A stretch of DNA of 64,000 bases, taken from an uncultured virus (IMG/VR IMGVR_UViG_3300032181_000411) (taxonomy: Duplodnaviria; Heunggongvirae; Uroviricota; Caudoviricetes). The DNA is taken from IMG/VR virus record IMGVR_UViG_3300032181_000411; one strand, given 5' to 3'. Shown one piece after another: positions 62,853-64,000 of the stretch. How positions within the stretch are numbered: the stretch's first letter is position 1; every line of letters begins with the position of its first letter. The notes under the pieces are model-generated. The model saw only the letters and a list, made by a program, of their open reading frames with translations, searched no databases and was not told the DNA's origin. The position numbers and the translations under genes are program-made.

Positions 62853-64000
62853 ATGGGTGCTGGAGACGACATTTATCTTGGTAATCCGCTTCTAAAGAAA
62901 GCGAATGTACAAATTGATTTTACCAAGGAGCAACTAGAAGAATACATCAAGTGTGCTAAAGATCCTGTATATTTTACCAAGAACTATGTACAGATCGTTT
63001 CACTTGACGAAGGTCTGGTGCCATTCAAGATGTGGGACTTCCAAGAAGAACTAATCAAGAAGTTTCACAATAATAGATTTAACATTGCTAAGTTACCACG
63101 ACAGACTGGTAAGTCTACCACCGTGGTATCTTATTTGCTGCATTATATTTTGTTCAACGATAACGTTAACATCGGTATCCTAGCGAACAAAGCATCTACT
63201 GCTAGAGACCTTCTAGCACGTTTGGCTACAGCATATGAAAACTTACCCAAGTGGATCCAGCAAGGTGTGGTAGTATGGAACAAAGGAAACATCGAATTAG
63301 AAAATGGCAGTAAGATATTGGCAGCTTCTACGTCTGCAAGTGCTGTCCGAGGTATGTCGTTTAACATCATCTTTCTCGACGAGTTCGCGTTCGTCCCGAA
63401 TCACATTGCTGAGTCGTTCTTTGCCTCTGTTTATCCTACTATTACTTCTGGTAAAAGTACGAAAGTAATTATCATTTCTACCCCACAGGGTATGAACCAC
63501 TTCTATAAGATGTGGACTGATGCTGTTAACGAGAGAAATGGATATACGTATCACGAAGTACACTGGTCACAAGTCCCTGGTAGAGACGCCAAGTGGAAAG
63601 AAGAGACCATCAAGAACACATCAGAAAGACAGTTTACCCAGGAATTTGAATGTGAATTCTTAGGATCTGTTGACACCCTAATCTCAGCTGCTAAACTACG
63701 TGCGCTAACATTTGAAGAACCCATAAGTTCCAATAAAGGGTTGGATGTTTATGAAAAACCAAAAGACAAATCCGAATACCTTCTTACGGTTGATGTTAGT
63801 AGGGGTATTGGGGGAGACTATTCTGCTTTTATTGTTTTTGATATTACAACTGTTCCCTACAGGGTAGTAGCAAAATATAGGAACAACGAAGTTAAACCAA
63901 TGCTGTTCCCCAACGTTATCAATGATGTAGCGAGAGCATATAATAACGCTTGGGTTCTAGCAGAAGTAAATGATATTGGAGATCAGGTAGCATCTATCTT
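62853..64000 (+). CDS. g17: terminase large subunit gp17, truncated by the window end
   Basis: YLGNPLLKKAN, Walker A PRQTGKST, Walker B IIFLDEFAF, ISTP.G.NHFY, QEFECEF; absent from the ORF track because no stop lies in the window. Confidence 0.95.
   Translation, partial: MGAGDDIYLGNPLLKKANVQIDFTKEQLEEYIKCAKDPVYFTKNYVQIVSLDEGLVPFKMWDFQEELIKKFHNNRFNIAKLPRQTGKSTTVVSYLLHYILFNDNVNIGILANKASTARDLLARLATAYENLPKWIQQGVVVWNKGNIELENGSKILAASTSASAVRGMSFNIIFLDEFAFVPNHIAESFFASVYPTITSGKSTKVIIISTPQGMNHFYKMWTDAVNERNGYTYHEVHWSQVPGRDAKWKEETIKNTSERQFTQEFECEFLGSVDTLISAAKLRALTFEEPISSNKGLDVYEKPKDKSEYLLTVDVSRGIGGDYSAFIVFDITTVPYRVVAKYRNNEVKPMLFPNVINDVARAYNNAWVLAEVNDIGDQVASI

Noticed and set aside
1..64000. tRNA genes, introns, inteins, homing endonucleases or reverse transcriptase
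   Set aside because: No cloverleaf signatures, interrupted core genes or diagnostic motifs were seen by eye; tRNAscan-SE and Infernal would be needed to exclude them fully

Overview
This is a 64 kb segment of a T4-like cyanophage (cyanomyovirus), probably infecting marine Synechococcus, with essentially all genes on the + strand. Positions 1-12.4 kb hold an accessory/early region: the end of a DNA adenine methylase, three 2OG-Fe(II) oxygenases, a CP12-like protein and many small ORFs, several with their own copy of a palindrome + -10 promoter motif (10 copies found). Two non-coding blocks lie at 8.58-8.96 kb and 11.82-12.01 kb. Positions 12.3-56.2 kb encode the baseplate, fibre and neck module (PAAR-like protein, gp25, gp6, gp7, gp8, VrlC-like protein, large fibres, gp13, gp14, gp15, gp16). 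The g16-g17 island follows, with petE, PTOX, gnd, an ndhP-like gene and zwf, then the 5' part of terminase gp17. The strongest unexplained signals are (i) three tandem cyanobacterial-type DnaA boxes beside a promoter-fed A-tract hairpin and an apparent GC-skew switch, suggesting an origin or DnaA-titration locus; (ii) a candidate -1 programmed frameshift gene upstream of petE; (iii) the cassette-like early promoter array, with one copy inside an in-frame gene fusion; and (iv) small genes the ORF track misses (ndhP-like, mini fibre-tip paralogues). All family assignments come from motifs recognised by eye; no database searches were run.
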